A stretch of 63,340 nucleotides of DNA, counting the filler, from Asterionella formosa (Eukaryota): the NCBI GenBank assembly GCA_002256025.1. It is 2 parts of 2 records of this genome, joined end to end, with 100 filler letters (N's around TTAATTAATTAA, not from the genome) between each part and the next. Parts side by side here need not be neighbours in the genome. Positions count along the whole stretch, not along the records: positions 1 to 31,645 come from NKIB01000618.1; positions 31,746 to 63,340 come from NKIB01000623.1. One strand, given 5' to 3'. Positions 21,826 to 34,430 of the stretch are shown here, piece after piece. The notes below the pieces were generated by a model. It saw only the letters and a list, made by a program, of their open reading frames with translations, searched no databases and was not told the origin of the DNA. A program made the translations under genes and the position numbers. Numbering within the stretch: position 1 is the first letter of the stretch; each line of letters starts with the position of its first letter.

Positions 21826-23751
21826 CTAGATGGTGTACTCAGGTGGATTCTCTGGTTCAAGTGAATTTTTCATTCCCAGTGGCGTTACAAACATTTCCTT
21901 AGTTCTCATGGTATTGGTTTTGGTCATAATATCCGCCGGTGCCATTCCTGGTACCAAATAGCCCGATAGTTTCGATACCAATGAAATCAACACAACTAAT
22001 CCAAGAAAACCACCAAAAACCGTGGAGCTTCTTTTGCCCAATGCATTGGCAATGGTAGCCACAATCACCTTTGCCAGTGAGAACATACTTACTGCCACAC
22101 TACCCAATATGGCAACCTGGCCCAATCGATCGAGACGCTTTCGTCTCGCGACTTGTTGAAAACCAATACCTTCTTTCTGCAACATTGAAATAGTATTGGG
22201 AGCAAAGATCTTGGGGGCAATACCATGGAAAATGGCGTCAAGGATAATAGGAAGAATAAAAGTGATGAAACCAAGTGCGCCAGGACGATCCAGCTCTCTG
22301 GAAATTTTCACCAATGCCTTAGATTCTCCAACACGTTTGTCCGAAAAAATCTGTACAGCTTGCGTGAGATCACCATTGCTAGAATCGATTGCTGTGCTAA
22401 GAATCTTGACATCTTCCAAGGCACTGTTCGCTCCAAGTCCAAAGTATGGCTTGACAGTGTGGGCGCAATCCCCAAGCATAACGGTCCGTTGCCCTTGATT
22501 CAATCGAGGTCCGACGTAGCGAAATGAAGGCAAAAAGGATGGTGCCTTTTTGGCAGCAGTTACCATAGTTTCGTCATCGATCAGTTTTGAAAATTGAGGG
22601 AGCGCCTCGTCAAAGAGCTTCCTTAATTCGACAGGATCACTATTGGGAAGTGCCATAGGATCATCTTTTCTCAACAAGAGCACCCCGCAATACGATCCCT
22701 TACGATTTGCGGGCAAGGCGTCAAATGTTACTCTACCCCCCTTGGAGCGTGCAGAATAATTGAGATCGTGCCTCCAGTCGGGTGGGAGTTGCATGGGAAA
22801 CGTTTTGTAAATTCGTATATTGTCATCTACATATCTTGTGACATGAAATGGCTTGCCAGCAAAGATTCTTTGAATCGGATTCATCTTTTTTCTCTTGGCT
22901 CTATCATCCTCTTCCATTCGATTAGCAACAGTCCGTGCAGTTCCGTCGGCGGCGATGAGAAGGTTGGTGGATATGACAACGGAATTCTCCACATTGCACA
23001 GCAAGTCTGATTCTCCTTCACTATCTCCCAGTATTGATTTCTGATTGAGTGTTACAGTTTCTCCTTCACATTTTGAGACTCGAACAACCACCTCAGCTCC
23101 ATCCTCGCCTGCTTCAAAATCCAATGGCTCGACTTCATATCCATATTTCAAGTCGATTTGTGCTGCATAGTTTTTCAAAATGTGCTGATGCAGCACAGCC
23201 ACTAACTTGTCTCGTGGCAACACTTGGGTATCAATGGGCCGATCGGTAAAGATTCGTTCCGTCCCCTCCTCTGACGATTCGGGCGACCAATCCTTTCGTC
23301 CCTTTACAGCTGTGCACACATCCTCCACTTCCTTCCAGACCGCAAATTCGTTGAGAGCAGTCTGCCCTCGAGAGCCCAAGCCAATCAAATAAAATTTGGC
23401 AACATCTCCCCACACAGATTCATCAGTAGGGGAAGGTGGGGCTTGCAGGCGATCAAAGACTTTGATTTGCTTGGATGGGTATTTTTGTGCCAGCATGATG
23501 GCAGTCAGTAGGCCTGCTGGACCACCTCCGCAGATGACAGAGTCTGTCTTTGTCATCTCAATCGGAATCGACAGTGCTGGCTCAGTTGCAGCAGTGCTAC
23601 TGAAGAGCGAGGTCTTTGCGGTGTACTGGCGAAAGAGCGGCGAGTGAAAAGCGGTCGATCGAAGCGACAAAGCAAGTGGTTGCCGCTCTACGCCCAGACT
23701 CATAAGAAGTGGCAAAGTGAGTGCCGGAGCACTCCTCATCGAAAACTTCAT
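21826..23751 (-). CDS. FAD-dependent monooxygenase, kynurenine 3-monooxygenase-like
   Basis: GGGPAGL Rossmann motif, IGLGSRG, LIAADG, MLGDCAHTVKPYFGLGANSALED, C-terminal hydrophobic helices and an N-terminal targeting-like extension. Confidence 0.85.
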   Translation of the reverse strand: MKFSMRSAPALTLPLLMSLGVERQPLALSLRSTAFHSPLFRQYTAKTSLFSSTAATEPALSIPIEMTKTDSVICGGGPAGLLTAIMLAQKYPSKQIKVFDRLQAPPSPTDESVWGDVAKFYLIGLGSRGQTALNEFAVWKEVEDVCTAVKGRKDWSPESSEEGTERIFTDRPIDTQVLPRDKLVAVLHQHILKNYAAQIDLKYGYEVEPLDFEAGEDGAEVVVRVSKCEGETVTLNQKSILGDSEGESDLLCNVENSVVISTNLLIAADGTARTVANRMEEDDRAKRKKMNPIQRIFAGKPFHVTRYVDDNIRIYKTFPMQLPPDWRHDLNYSARSKGGRVTFDALPANRKGSYCGVLLLRKDDPMALPNSDPVELRKLFDEALPQFSKLIDDETMVTAAKKAPSFLPSFRYVGPRLNQGQRTVMLGDCAHTVKPYFGLGANSALEDVKILSTAIDSSNGDLTQAVQIFSDKRVGESKALVKISRELDRPGALGFITFILPIILDAIFHGIAPKIFAPNTISMLQKEGIGFQQVARRKRLDRLGQVAILGSVAVSMFSLAKVIVATIANALGKRSSTVFGGFLGLVVLISLVSKLSGYLVPGMAPADIMTKTNTMRTKEMFVTPLGMKNSLEPENPPEYTI

Positions 23752-24117
23752 AGTACTGTCACTGTTGAACTGTTGTGTGGCCGATGGGAGCTAGAGTAGG
23801 GATTGAGATACCGGAAGCGTAATGTACTCACAGTTTTAATGAGTGCGTCATTTCTTGTCGTTTAGGTGTGATTCGCCGCCATTTTTTCGGAATCTCGTTC
23901 ACCATCAGAGCGTTGCTTGATTTCTCTGACTGGTCCAATGTACCAGGTACCGGGACTGTATATGCATATCATCATCTTTCATCATGCCTAGGCGGGAAAA
24001 GAATCCTTCCTGTCGGGATGTACCTACATCATCTACATGTAGGAAGAATTGTGCGAACTCCATGATCACATGTGCTCGTACCGGTATGGTACCAGGTACC
24101 AGGGTACCGGTACCTGG

Positions 24118-24312
24118 TGAGCGATCTTGCGCATCAATTCAGATGTATATAGGGTTAGTGTTATATCATATCTATCAGAAGTCAATAATGAGAGAACTCG
24201 ACTAACCCTTATTGTATACTTTGGTGTCAACTTAGAGAACAAGTTACACACAAGGATTAACAAATAAGCTCATATATTCAATGAATACTACTACTTCTAG
24301 TTAGATACTTCA
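24118..24312 (+). repeat. 5' LTR (195 bp)
   Basis: TGAGCGATC...GATACTTCA, repeated at 25847-25999 and 26980-27024. Confidence 0.9.
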
Positions 24313-25846
24313 CTTTGAATTCAAAAAGAGTCCAATTAGAATTAATAATGTTGATGTCCTCTCAAGTTCCAGTGGTCCCATTGATGAAGGATAACAACAT
24401 ACTAAACATCAAGATTCAAACCTCTTTGTGTATCCTTACAAGCCAGGTCGATATTTGGAGTCGTCTTACAGCAAAGATATGATCAATTGACGCTCAGGGG
24501 AAGCTTGTTGATTGATTTCAGTAAATCCTGTGATATGGCTAACACATATATCTTCAGTCCAGCAGATTCCTTGCTTGTTCTCCTATTGCTCCAGAATATG
24601 CCTTCTTGATATCGCATTGTCTGACTTGATGAGCGTTGTGATGCACCCAGATACTCAGTCCTATGACAGTCTCTGCAAAATCATGGTGAGGTGGCTGAAG
24701 CATTATTGTTATCATGACATGTTCCTTTGAAAGTCAGCATCAGCGGATGTGGATTTTCTGATAAAACTCGATAAAACCGTTCAACGTGCTGTTGATGAAT
24801 GTCGCTGCCTGTCTCAAGACCTTAAAAGAAGTTCCTAAAACTCATGATAACTCATCCAGAAGATCAAGAGGTTTTCGCCAAGGAAGATTTGAGGTTGATT
24901 GTCATTTTGCTTGATTGACAATGCATGGCAACAAGTGTTTGAATGGAACAATGAAAAAAACACAAAATAATTAATTCGCTTGGTTTTGACTTACTTCGAG
25001 AGTCAACAATCATTCAAAGATCAACTCAAGCACATCCTCAAGCATGAATTCTACCATAAGCCGAAATCGACTTCGCATCGCTGAAGGCAGCTGTGTTATG
25101 TCGAGACAACGCGCGTGCCTGGTATCAATTTTTTTAACACAGTCACCAAATTTACCAGAAATTTCACGTATCAATAATTAGACATCAGAATATATTGCGA
25201 TGAAATTTGAAAATGATTGGTTATACAGATATCTCCGTCCAGAACATTGTATACATGACAATGGAGGTTGAATTTACTGGTATTCCTTTCATGCAAATTT
25301 TAGTGTTGAATGGAATTAAAAATGGGACCATTACAGTCAAGAATCCACAAACAAATGCTATCAGTGAACATTTACATCAATCTACCAGTAACAGTCCATG
25401 AATTATGTTAAAGGCTCATCCCCCAATCAAGGAATTTCAAGCTCAGAATATCGTGGATACCCTGTTTGCTGCATCATAGTATGCAGCTCGAGCTACTATT
25501 TCTAGCACATTGCCTATTTCGCCAGGAATATGGCTGGGTTTTCCAACATGATATGATATTAAATATTCCTTTTATTACAGATATGCAATTGATATTGGGA
25601 TATCAATGTCTACGTTGTGATAATTTCCGTCGTCGTTCTTGTGATTACAAAGTTGGTGATGAGATTTTAATCCTATTGGATATCCTTCTTCCTTGGATGA
25701 CCATGGACAAGGTCCTTATTCTATTATTCAAGTATATGCCAATGGTACAGTTATTTTTCAACAAACCATGCAGACTACGGAACAAATTAATATTCATTGC
25801 ATCAAAACTTTTCAAAGGTAAAAGGTTTTCCTTTGCTGTGGGAGAG

Positions 25847-27024
25847 TGAGCGATCTTGCACATCAATACACCAGATGTATATAGGGTTAGCGTTATATCA
25901 TATATATCAGAAGTCAATAATGAGAGAACTCGACTAACCCTTATTGTATGCTTTGGTGTCAACTTAGAGAACAAGTTACACACAAGGATTAACAAATAAG
26001 GCCGTTGCTAAAGGTGGACCAAAACGCAGACCAAATAGTGTTTTGGTTTCGGTAACCCTAAAAAACGATGCTATCGGGAGTGAAAACCCCAATGCAAACG
26101 CATTACGTTTAGGGGATTCCGTGCCCATATCCCAATAAGTTACCCAAACGCATTATGTTTAGGTTTTTTTCTCCCAAAGTTACCTAAACGTAGGATTCCA
26201 TATTGACTACTTTGAATATAGTCACTAGAAACCCAATAAATATCGTCACAGAATCACTACATATAGGACGCATCATATGCTGGTACCGGTATATCATATC
26301 TATATACAACAATAGCTATACTGTACCGGTACCAGGTACCATACCACACTGGCGAGAACAACAACAACAACAACAAATCGACTTCGATTTATTATGCGGA
26401 ACACATAAATCAATCTTCTGTCACCACGACTTCATCTTCATCGTCCTCTTCAACTGAGGCTGCTGGTGGCAGCAGTATAGCTCCGGCAACTGGGACTGGT
26501 GCATCGCCACGTCCCATGATTGTATCAATATATCTGGTAAGTAAGCACTAGATGATTTGTTGCAGGTCATGGTGCATCGCCAATTTGTTTGTACCAAGAC
26601 ACCATTGTTTTTGTTTGCGGCATTCAATTCTCTCTGGGTTGCTGAAACTGTTGTCAGTTGTATTTCATCATGAAGAACAACAAGTGTGGTCAGAGTATAT
26701 ATACCGGTATTTACGGCACTACCGGTAAATTGCTGGGAAAACTAACTAATTCCCAAATAGGAATCATGATGTTTCATTTATAAAAGTAGTCTAATAGAAA
26801 TAATTTACTTTTTTTATAATGGTTTTGTCATCCTATGTCACAGTAGATGGGTGGTTGACAACATTTAGGATTTCCCAAAAACCGATAGCATCGTTTTAGC
26901 GTCAGTTGACCAAAACCAAAACCAATCCAAAAATAAGTTTTTGGGTTTTGGTTTGGGTCAACAGTTAGCAATGGCCTAAGCTCATATGTTAAACAAATAC
27001 TTCTACTTCTAGTCAGATACTTCA
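25847..27024 (+). repeat. 3' LTR, split by a 977-bp insertion
   Basis: Matches the 5' LTR up to ...AACAAATAA (25999) and resumes with GCTCATAT...GATACTTCA after 26979. Confidence 0.9.
26000..26976. mobile_element. Non-autonomous TIR DNA element (PIF/Harbinger/Tourist-like) nested in the 3' LTR
   Basis: Imperfect TIRs: GGCCGTTGCTAAAGGTGGACC at the left end; reverse complement of the right end is GGCCATTGCTAACTGTTGACC. Subterminal AAAACGATGCTATCGG is also inverted. TAA TSD at 25997-25999 and 26977-26979; the empty site is seen in the 5' LTR. Confidence 0.88.
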
Positions 27025-27470
27025 CCAGGTACCCCCCTGGTACCGGTACCTGGTAGTTTAAATTTGTATGTGCTGCGGGTGGTATTAACGGTACCAGTAG
27101 TACCAGTGCCTTAAAATCATTCACACTGCTGCCTAACAATAACGACTAGGAACAAACTACGGTATGCTGCCGCACCTGTAGTCTAGAGTAGAACCATCGC
27201 CCAACAAGTTTCCACCACCGGTAGTACCGGGTACCAACAGCAGGTTTACTAACACTGAAATGGAGAATTACTGCCGGTAAATGCGTGAACATAGGTAAAA
27301 ATTCATTCTTTGCAACCAATCATGCATATCAAGTAATGCTCAACCGTACTAACTATTAAGTTGGATGAATCAAAATGGAATAACAATAAAGTACCGTAAG
27401 AATCTAGACTAGTAGTTTAATGGAACAACAGATCAGGCAAATGAGGGTCAAAATTGTCAAGGTAAAATGC

Positions 27471-27505
27471 GGTCTTTGATGGTCAGGGTGGAATTGTAAA
27501 ATTCC
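27471..27505 (-). promoter_or_regulatory. Putative histone mRNA 3' stem-loop (27505-27490) and downstream element ATCAAAGACC (27480-27471) of H4
   Basis: Minus strand reads CAAACAACC-GGAATT-TTAC-AATTCC-ACCCTGACC-ATCAAAGACC: a 6-bp stem with a 4-nt loop, 51 nt after the stop. The hairpin is identical to the one after H3. Confidence 0.75.
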
Positions 27506-27556
27506 GGTTGTTTGTGGCTGAAAGCCTCATAGTTGTGGTTGATGGTAAATGGTTGT

Positions 27557-28777
<1,221 letters not shown>

Positions 28778-28827
28778 ATATTCTGCTTCCATTTAACAAT
28801 GCAACTTTTCAGCTGCAACAAACAACC

Positions 28828-28862
28828 GGAATTTTACAATTCCACTCAGAAAATCAAAGACC
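28828..28862 (+). promoter_or_regulatory. Putative histone mRNA 3' stem-loop (28828-28843) and downstream element ATCAAAGACC (28853-28862) of H3
   Basis: CAAACAACC-GGAATT-TTAC-AATTCC-ACTCAGAAA-ATCAAAGACC, 50 nt after the stop; same hairpin and spacing as at H4. Confidence 0.75.
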
Positions 28863-29195
28863 ATCTAGAACGTGTGCCCATCACTTCTATCGCTATTTTA
28901 TTTTCTCATGGTTTGCACGCCAACTGCTGAAAAGGCAAGTTTTAAGTTCGCAGAAGGTATTTTACCCTATTATTCGATGGAGGACTAGCTGATCATGGAA
29001 TAAATCTTCCACCAAAATTTTTCTAGTTTGTAGGCAGCGTCTTTGATTATCATAATCGATACCGCTTGAATTCACTACTCCACGGTATGTAGGATCAACT
29101 GATTGTTTGTGTATGCACGTTTTTTACTCGGTCCAAACTCCAAGGTAACTTGTTTGCATGTAGTTGGATTTGTACTGTACTTCCCTAGTTTTGTT

Positions 29196-29363
29196 AAAAT
29201 AGGTGAGTCCTCAACCACCTTTGGCGAAAGGTGATCAGCGGTGTTAGGGGAAAGTCCAACCGCCTAGGAAGGCGGCACAAGCTGCTTGTAGGGGGCAACC
29301 CACTATTTCTTGTGCACCAGGCAAGACATGTGGGATGGTAAGGAGTGTGGGAGTCGAACCCAA
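29196..29363 (-). ncRNA. Candidate structured RNA or SINE-like element with a tRNA 3'-half-like head
   Basis: Minus strand TTGGGTTCGACTCCCAC-ACTCCTT-A-CCA (29363-29336) resembles a T-arm/B-box, acceptor 3' strand and CCA. Three hairpins and a TTTT (29199-29196) follow. No tRNA 5' half is visible. Confidence 0.35.
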
Positions 29364-30544
29364 GAATTGCTTCTCAAAAAAATTGTTATCTGTAAACTTT
29401 TTAATTGGCAATCATTTCTAACCAGAAAGTCTTGAATGATCTGTAATTTTTAAGTAGTAGGATATATTCATGTTAAAAGTAAGATCAAAAGAGCTAAAAA
29501 AAGTTTCTGTCATCTAAAATGAATCATCTAATTATTATATGATTTGTACCATGTGAAAAATGTCGTACTCATTGAAGGGCTCAAATAAAATCACTTACTT
29601 GAAGGTACAAGAATTGATATGGGAAAAATTCAATGACAGTACATCAGGTTGTGGAAAACAATGATATCCTCATGCATTGTATATATTTGAATTATGTATA
29701 AGCGTAATTGATGATAGTATACACATGATGTGCGATAGTATGAAGAGTGTCTTTGAACTATGAAAGTGTTCAACTGTGTATAGATTTATAAATGTAATTT
29801 TTTAATCAATTTATTCATGGCTAATATATTTGAAATCATGTTTAATGGTTCCTTGTCATGCACACTTGCTTGTTCACATCCTGCTGGAATAAAAGATGAC
29901 TTCAGCCTCATCAAAAGGAAAACTGAACTGACGAGCGATACAACACATTGATACGACACCTTGCGGCTGAGAAAAGGATTGAAAATGGAAAAGTTAATGG
30001 AATCTATCCATGGTAATGTCAAGGGCACATGCCAGGATAATCGGTTGTTGGGTTCACAAAACCTAATTGATTGCTTACTTCCCTAGCGATTCAACCGCTC
30101 ATTTTGCATTTGGTGGGAAACCACCAATGTCGACAAAACAAAATTAGCAAGTGCTCTCGTTGGAATGCTCGACTTTAAGATAATAACTGACACATTTTTT
30201 ATCTTTCAGGATAACTGTAGTTGTAAGTTACACATGACATTGGTGGAACAATTTATTGATGTGTACTTATGCGACAATTTATTGATGTGTACTTATGCTG
30301 CGATATTCAACTGACTCATTATTTTACTGAATTATGCGAAAACTTATCGATTTCTGGTAAGTGAAGCATGATAAAATGCAACAGCAATGTTGAGTTTTAA
30401 ACAAAACATGGCTAACGAAGATTAGTTCCTTCTGATTGTTAGTCTGTTTAGGAAATCAAAATGAATAAAACAATTAAATCGCCCATTCGGAGAAAATGGA
30501 ATGTGTAAAGGTAGAAGGCAGTCAGATGAGTTTTAGAATCAGAG

Positions 30545-30700
30545 TGAAAGGGAGGCGCGAGGCATGAATCAAGGTAATTGAAGGGAGGCAGGAGGAGTCA
30601 TTATGTATCAAGATCATTGAAGGGAGGTGGGAGGCATTATGTAACAAGAGCATTGAAGGGAGGAAGGAGGCGGGAGGCATGATGCATCAAGAACATTTTT
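30545..30700. repeat. Degenerate minisatellite, about four units of 30-40 bp (GAAGGGAGG...GCAT...CAAG..CATT)
   Basis: AAGGGAGG core recurs at about 30548, 30582, 30620 and 30656. Confidence 0.7.
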
Positions 30701-31102
30701 GGGAAGCATTTTGTATCCGCACAGAATATAGAAACATGAAAATGATTTCTAGATTTAACAGCAAAATTACAATCCATTTCAACCTATTTTCAACAGTGAT
30801 TTCGATTAGAGTTACCATCATGGTAAGTTAGATATATGATGAATGAATGTGCATCGTAGGATATTGTTTTTGATCATTACATGGTCTGTTGTTTATCATA
30901 AGTATACTTGACATGATCATGTATTATCTTATACATTTATCAAACATATAACGAAATATGTACCATGCAACGAAAAATTATATGCCAGTTATCATACAAT
31001 ACCCCTGATCTTAAAAGAACAATTCTTTATAAAATTCATTATCTTTGAAGAAGCTCAGAAGGAAGAAATAATTTGAACAACTGGAAGACTGCTGTGTTGG
31101 CT

Positions 31103-31303
31103 TTAACTGAATTCAATGGCCACCATAACCTCTTTACCTTTGATTTTCTTGAGCTCCCTCTGCAGAACTTTCATTCTTTCAAGTTGATGACACTTTTTGA
31201 TATTCACATGATGATTTTGTACCCACAGTGATGGGTGATTGCATTCGGAATGGCATGAAACAATGGCACCTTTGCCCACTGTCAATTCTTGTTTTTGTGC
31301 CAT
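31103..31303 (-). pseudogene. Short fragment, possibly the N-terminus of a decayed DNA-transposon protein
   Basis: 66-aa ORF (LTVGKGAIVSC...HPS...HQLE.M.V...E.KKI) in an AT-rich repeat tract. Family resemblance is from memory only. Confidence 0.25.
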
Positions 31304-31645
31304 CCTGCTCAGATATTTTTGAGGTGATTTTGGCAGGCAGACTTCTCATGTATCTGAAATTTTTAACTTAGAACTAATTGCCAATGCATACCTTGAGATG
31401 CCCTCAGCTCTTTACATATGTAGAAAAGCTTTTCAGAAATGAAATATCCAATGAACTGAGTTTGGGGCAAGGGATTGAAAGTCCAGCCTGACTCTACCGT
31501 ATACTTCATTGTCCTGGACCCCCCCTATGGTTGCTGGACCCCCCTGTACATTTTTCTCGAGGTGGAACCAAACACCCAATAATTTTCTTGTCATAGACAA
31601 AGTAACGTGCCATAATTCTTTTTGTCCTCGTAGGCACTAGTATGT

Positions 31646-31745
31646 NNNNNNNNNNNNNNNNNNNNNNNNNNNNNNNNNNNNNNNNNNNNTTAATTAATTA
31701 ANNNNNNNNNNNNNNNNNNNNNNNNNNNNNNNNNNNNNNNNNNNN
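31646..31745. other. Assembly/scaffold spacer (44 N + TTAATTAATTAA + 44 N)
   Basis: 100-nt symmetric N block with a linker giving stops in all six frames. It is an artefact, and contiguity across it is not guaranteed. Confidence 0.97.
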
Positions 31746-32542
31746 CTGTTATTACCAGCATATTGTTAACATAGTACCAGTAGACTAATGCTGGTAAATC
31801 TCTTTCCTTCTGTAGTGACACATGCAGTCATCTACATATGAATTAAGGACTGTGCATGCTTGTCTACAAAGTTTAAGAAAAATATTGCTTAACGTTGTCT
31901 TGATTAAATTAGATTCCATCATTTGCTTAAACCTAAATAGTCTTTCAGTACTTTAACCCAAAGTAAAACGATTTGGAAAGTAAAATGGCTGTTGATCCAG
32001 TCTAGTACAATAGTAGTGGCTAAGACACCAAAGATGCTAGTTGTTCTTTGACAGGAATGGGAGGTTGGGATTGGAGGGCAAAAGCCAGAAAGGCTATTTA
32101 CAAGGGTTGAAAGGAGTAGACTGAAATTGATTTACTGCTGGTGCTAAATTCTGTGGGAGACAGTTGCAATGCTAGTTTGTGCTGGTGATACTACTCCTGC
32201 AAACACAGCAATAGACCGAATTTATGAGCCATATGGCCAAGACCAAACAGTGACATACATACTCATGCATCTGATTAAAGATTGTTGCACTGGTGGGCAT
32301 TCACTACTGTGTGTTTAGATAATTTCATTGAAATTTTGAAATTTGCAATGTCTTTAGTATTTACATTGCTTGTTTAGTACCTCAATTGTTATTAACTATT
32401 TTATCTCCTAGTAGTTTCATGGTTTGCATGTTAACATGCATATTACTAGAAAACTGGGGAGGTACAACAAGGGATTTCATTTCATGACAAAGCTATTAGA
32501 GGTGATGGTATTACCCAGTCTATACAAGGCAGTATATATACT

Positions 32543-32810
32543 GAGCTTCTTTGTCGAAGGTGCTAGTTAACTACCACTGCACTACATAGCGACGACTTTA
32601 TGTGCCAGGTACCTGGTACCAGGTACCCAGTCTAAACGAGTACCGGTACATCGCTACATAGCTTTTTTGTCGAAGGTGCCGGTGCACAACAAAGCTACGA
32701 CTATATGTACTGGTACCTGGTACCCAGTCTACCCTGTACTCATGTACATCGCGAGCTTTGTCGAAGGGGCTAGTTAACTACCAGTGCAGTACACAGCTAC
32801 GACTATATGT
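32543..32810. repeat. Degenerate tandem repeat, about three units of 95-115 bp
   Basis: TTTGTCGAAGG.GC at about 32550, 32666 and 32757, each followed by AGC.ACGACT.TATGT and GGTACC-rich segments. Confidence 0.75.
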
Positions 32811-33721
32811 ATGGCCATAAAAGGTTGCGCTGAGAGTTGATTTATTTTCGGGTACGTTCGTAGTACCAGGTACCACCTAAAAACTAAGAGTCAACGTTAG
32901 GAAGATTTTGAACAGAGAGTCAATCGAGTAAATTCACGTTTTGGACTAAATATGCTAGATACAGGCATAATTATTTAAGCAATGTTGTAGTGATTGATTT
33001 ACCAACTAATAATGATTGTCCTTAGAACTCTTCAATTGCCTTGTGTTACTTCCATATTTAGTCCCAAAAGTTGATGTCGACGCCGAGAAATGGAATGAAA
33101 AAGCTAAATTAATTTTTACTCCATTCAGCTGGCATCTCCTTTTATCTATGTCAACAGGTATTCAATAGTATTTCCGTTGATAGATTCATTTATTGTCCAA
33201 ATAGATTTTTTTTGTTGCTATAAAATATGCAACAACGTCAGTATGCTTACTCCTCTATCTAAATGGAGAACATCAGCTGCAACCTCTTGGCATGACTACC
33301 TGAAACAGTACATACGAGTTTTTTCATGAAATCACCACAATCACAGACATGTTCATCATAGCCAAGTCTCATACCTCCCTTTCTTAATTGAATAAAATGG
33401 TTTTATTTTTATAAATGTACTTAGATTAGTTTTATACATTTACTTTTTTATGAAAGACGTCTGATGACTGTTGAAATAGAATGAAATTTTTTGCGAAGAA
33501 TGAAAACTTTAAGTCGAAAACAATAACTTTTCTATTTCTATGACCTGCTCCTCTTTCTTTGTATGATTCATTCTCAAGTCTTCTAGATGGCTGCTGGGTT
33601 GCTTGACATGCTCCACATTGTTGGCATAAATTACCTCCTGTTTTATGATTACATCCAACAAGAACAAAAAGTTTGCAACTCCAAATCCATGTTTGCTTTT
33701 TGTCCTAACTGAAACATCCAA

Positions 33722-34000
33722 TTAGTTTTCCAGCAACTCATGAACCTCAGCATACCTCCAAATGTAGCGCTTCGCTTTTGTGATTAAGTGCCTACCAATG
33801 AATCCAACTTGACAACATGCCTTGCCATCCTCCCTTGTGGTGCCTTCTCCATTGTCTCTCAACAAAATAACTGCAATAGCAGTCTCCTCTTCATCGGTCA
33901 AGTCATCAACAACGACAGCTTCATGAAATCCAATAATGCTGTCTGGCACAAAATTACGTCCACAGGCATTGTGGATGTCACACGTAATCGTGTTGCCAAA
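33722..34000 (-). pseudogene. Small ORF remnant with a CxxHxxC motif and a HIRAN-like 'CxVGF' strand, probably transposon-associated
   Basis: Minus strand reads GNTITCDIHNACGRNFVPDSIIGFHEAVV...ETAIAVILL...CCQVGFIGRHL...YAEVHEL. Family assignment is tentative. Confidence 0.3.
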
Positions 34001-34183
34001 TTTTCGTTTAGTGAGGCTTTTTCAGTCCCGTTCCTTTAGTAGCACCAGGCAGTCAGGTACCAGGTAGCACCTACATCTAATACTAGGTCGTCCGATACAT
34101 GATAAGTCTAGGATGGCTGAGAGTCGATCGAGTAGGATATGATTTTTGAATGTGGATGTAGATTCTAATAGGCACAGTTGTGC

Positions 34184-34430
34184 TGGGGTATAAGTATCAA
34201 GTACCATAACGCTACCAGAGACAGCCGCCAAGAAAGTTCGGACTGTTGGGGAAAGGCTGCTTATTACTCAGTTTTCCCTCATTGATGATTGGGCTCAATT
34301 TGTCAGATGGGGGTATAAGTATCAAGTACCATAACGCTACCAGAGACAGCCGCCAAGGTTCGGACTGTTGGGGAAAGGCTGCTTATTACTCATTCTTCCC
34401 TCATTGATGATTGGGCTCAATTTGTCAGAT
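34184..34430. repeat. Tandem duplication, two copies of about 124 bp
   Basis: GGGGTATAAGTATCAAGTACC...CAATTTGTCAGAT is present twice and nearly identical. Confidence 0.92.

Larger units (their letters stand above)
24118..27024 (+). mobile_element. Internally deleted Gypsy-type LTR retrotransposon with both LTRs
   Basis: TG...CA LTRs at 24118-24312 and 25847-27024 (the latter interrupted). Polypurine tract GGGAGAG precedes the 3' LTR. Near-perfect 5-bp TSD: CCTGG (24113-24117) and CCAGG (27025-27029). Decayed integrase FENDWLYRY..P..CIHDNGG...ITVKNPQTNAISEHLHQ at ~25190-25400. Confidence 0.88.

Noticed and set aside
29336..29363. Intact tRNA gene
   Set aside because: Only the T-arm, acceptor 3' strand and CCA are present; there is no D-arm, anticodon arm or 5' acceptor strand.
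29240..29425. RNase MRP/P RNA suggested by GGGGAAAGTCC
   Set aside because: No convincing CR-V/P4 partner or GARAR loop found by eye; kept only as an alternative within the structured-RNA finding.
31646..31745. Palindromic TTAATTAATTAA flanked by N runs
   Set aside because: Artificial scaffold linker with six-frame stops; not biological.
30545..34430. Short repeat arrays considered as possible CRISPR
   Set aside because: Units are degenerate tandem copies without unique spacers, there are no cas genes, and the context is eukaryotic.
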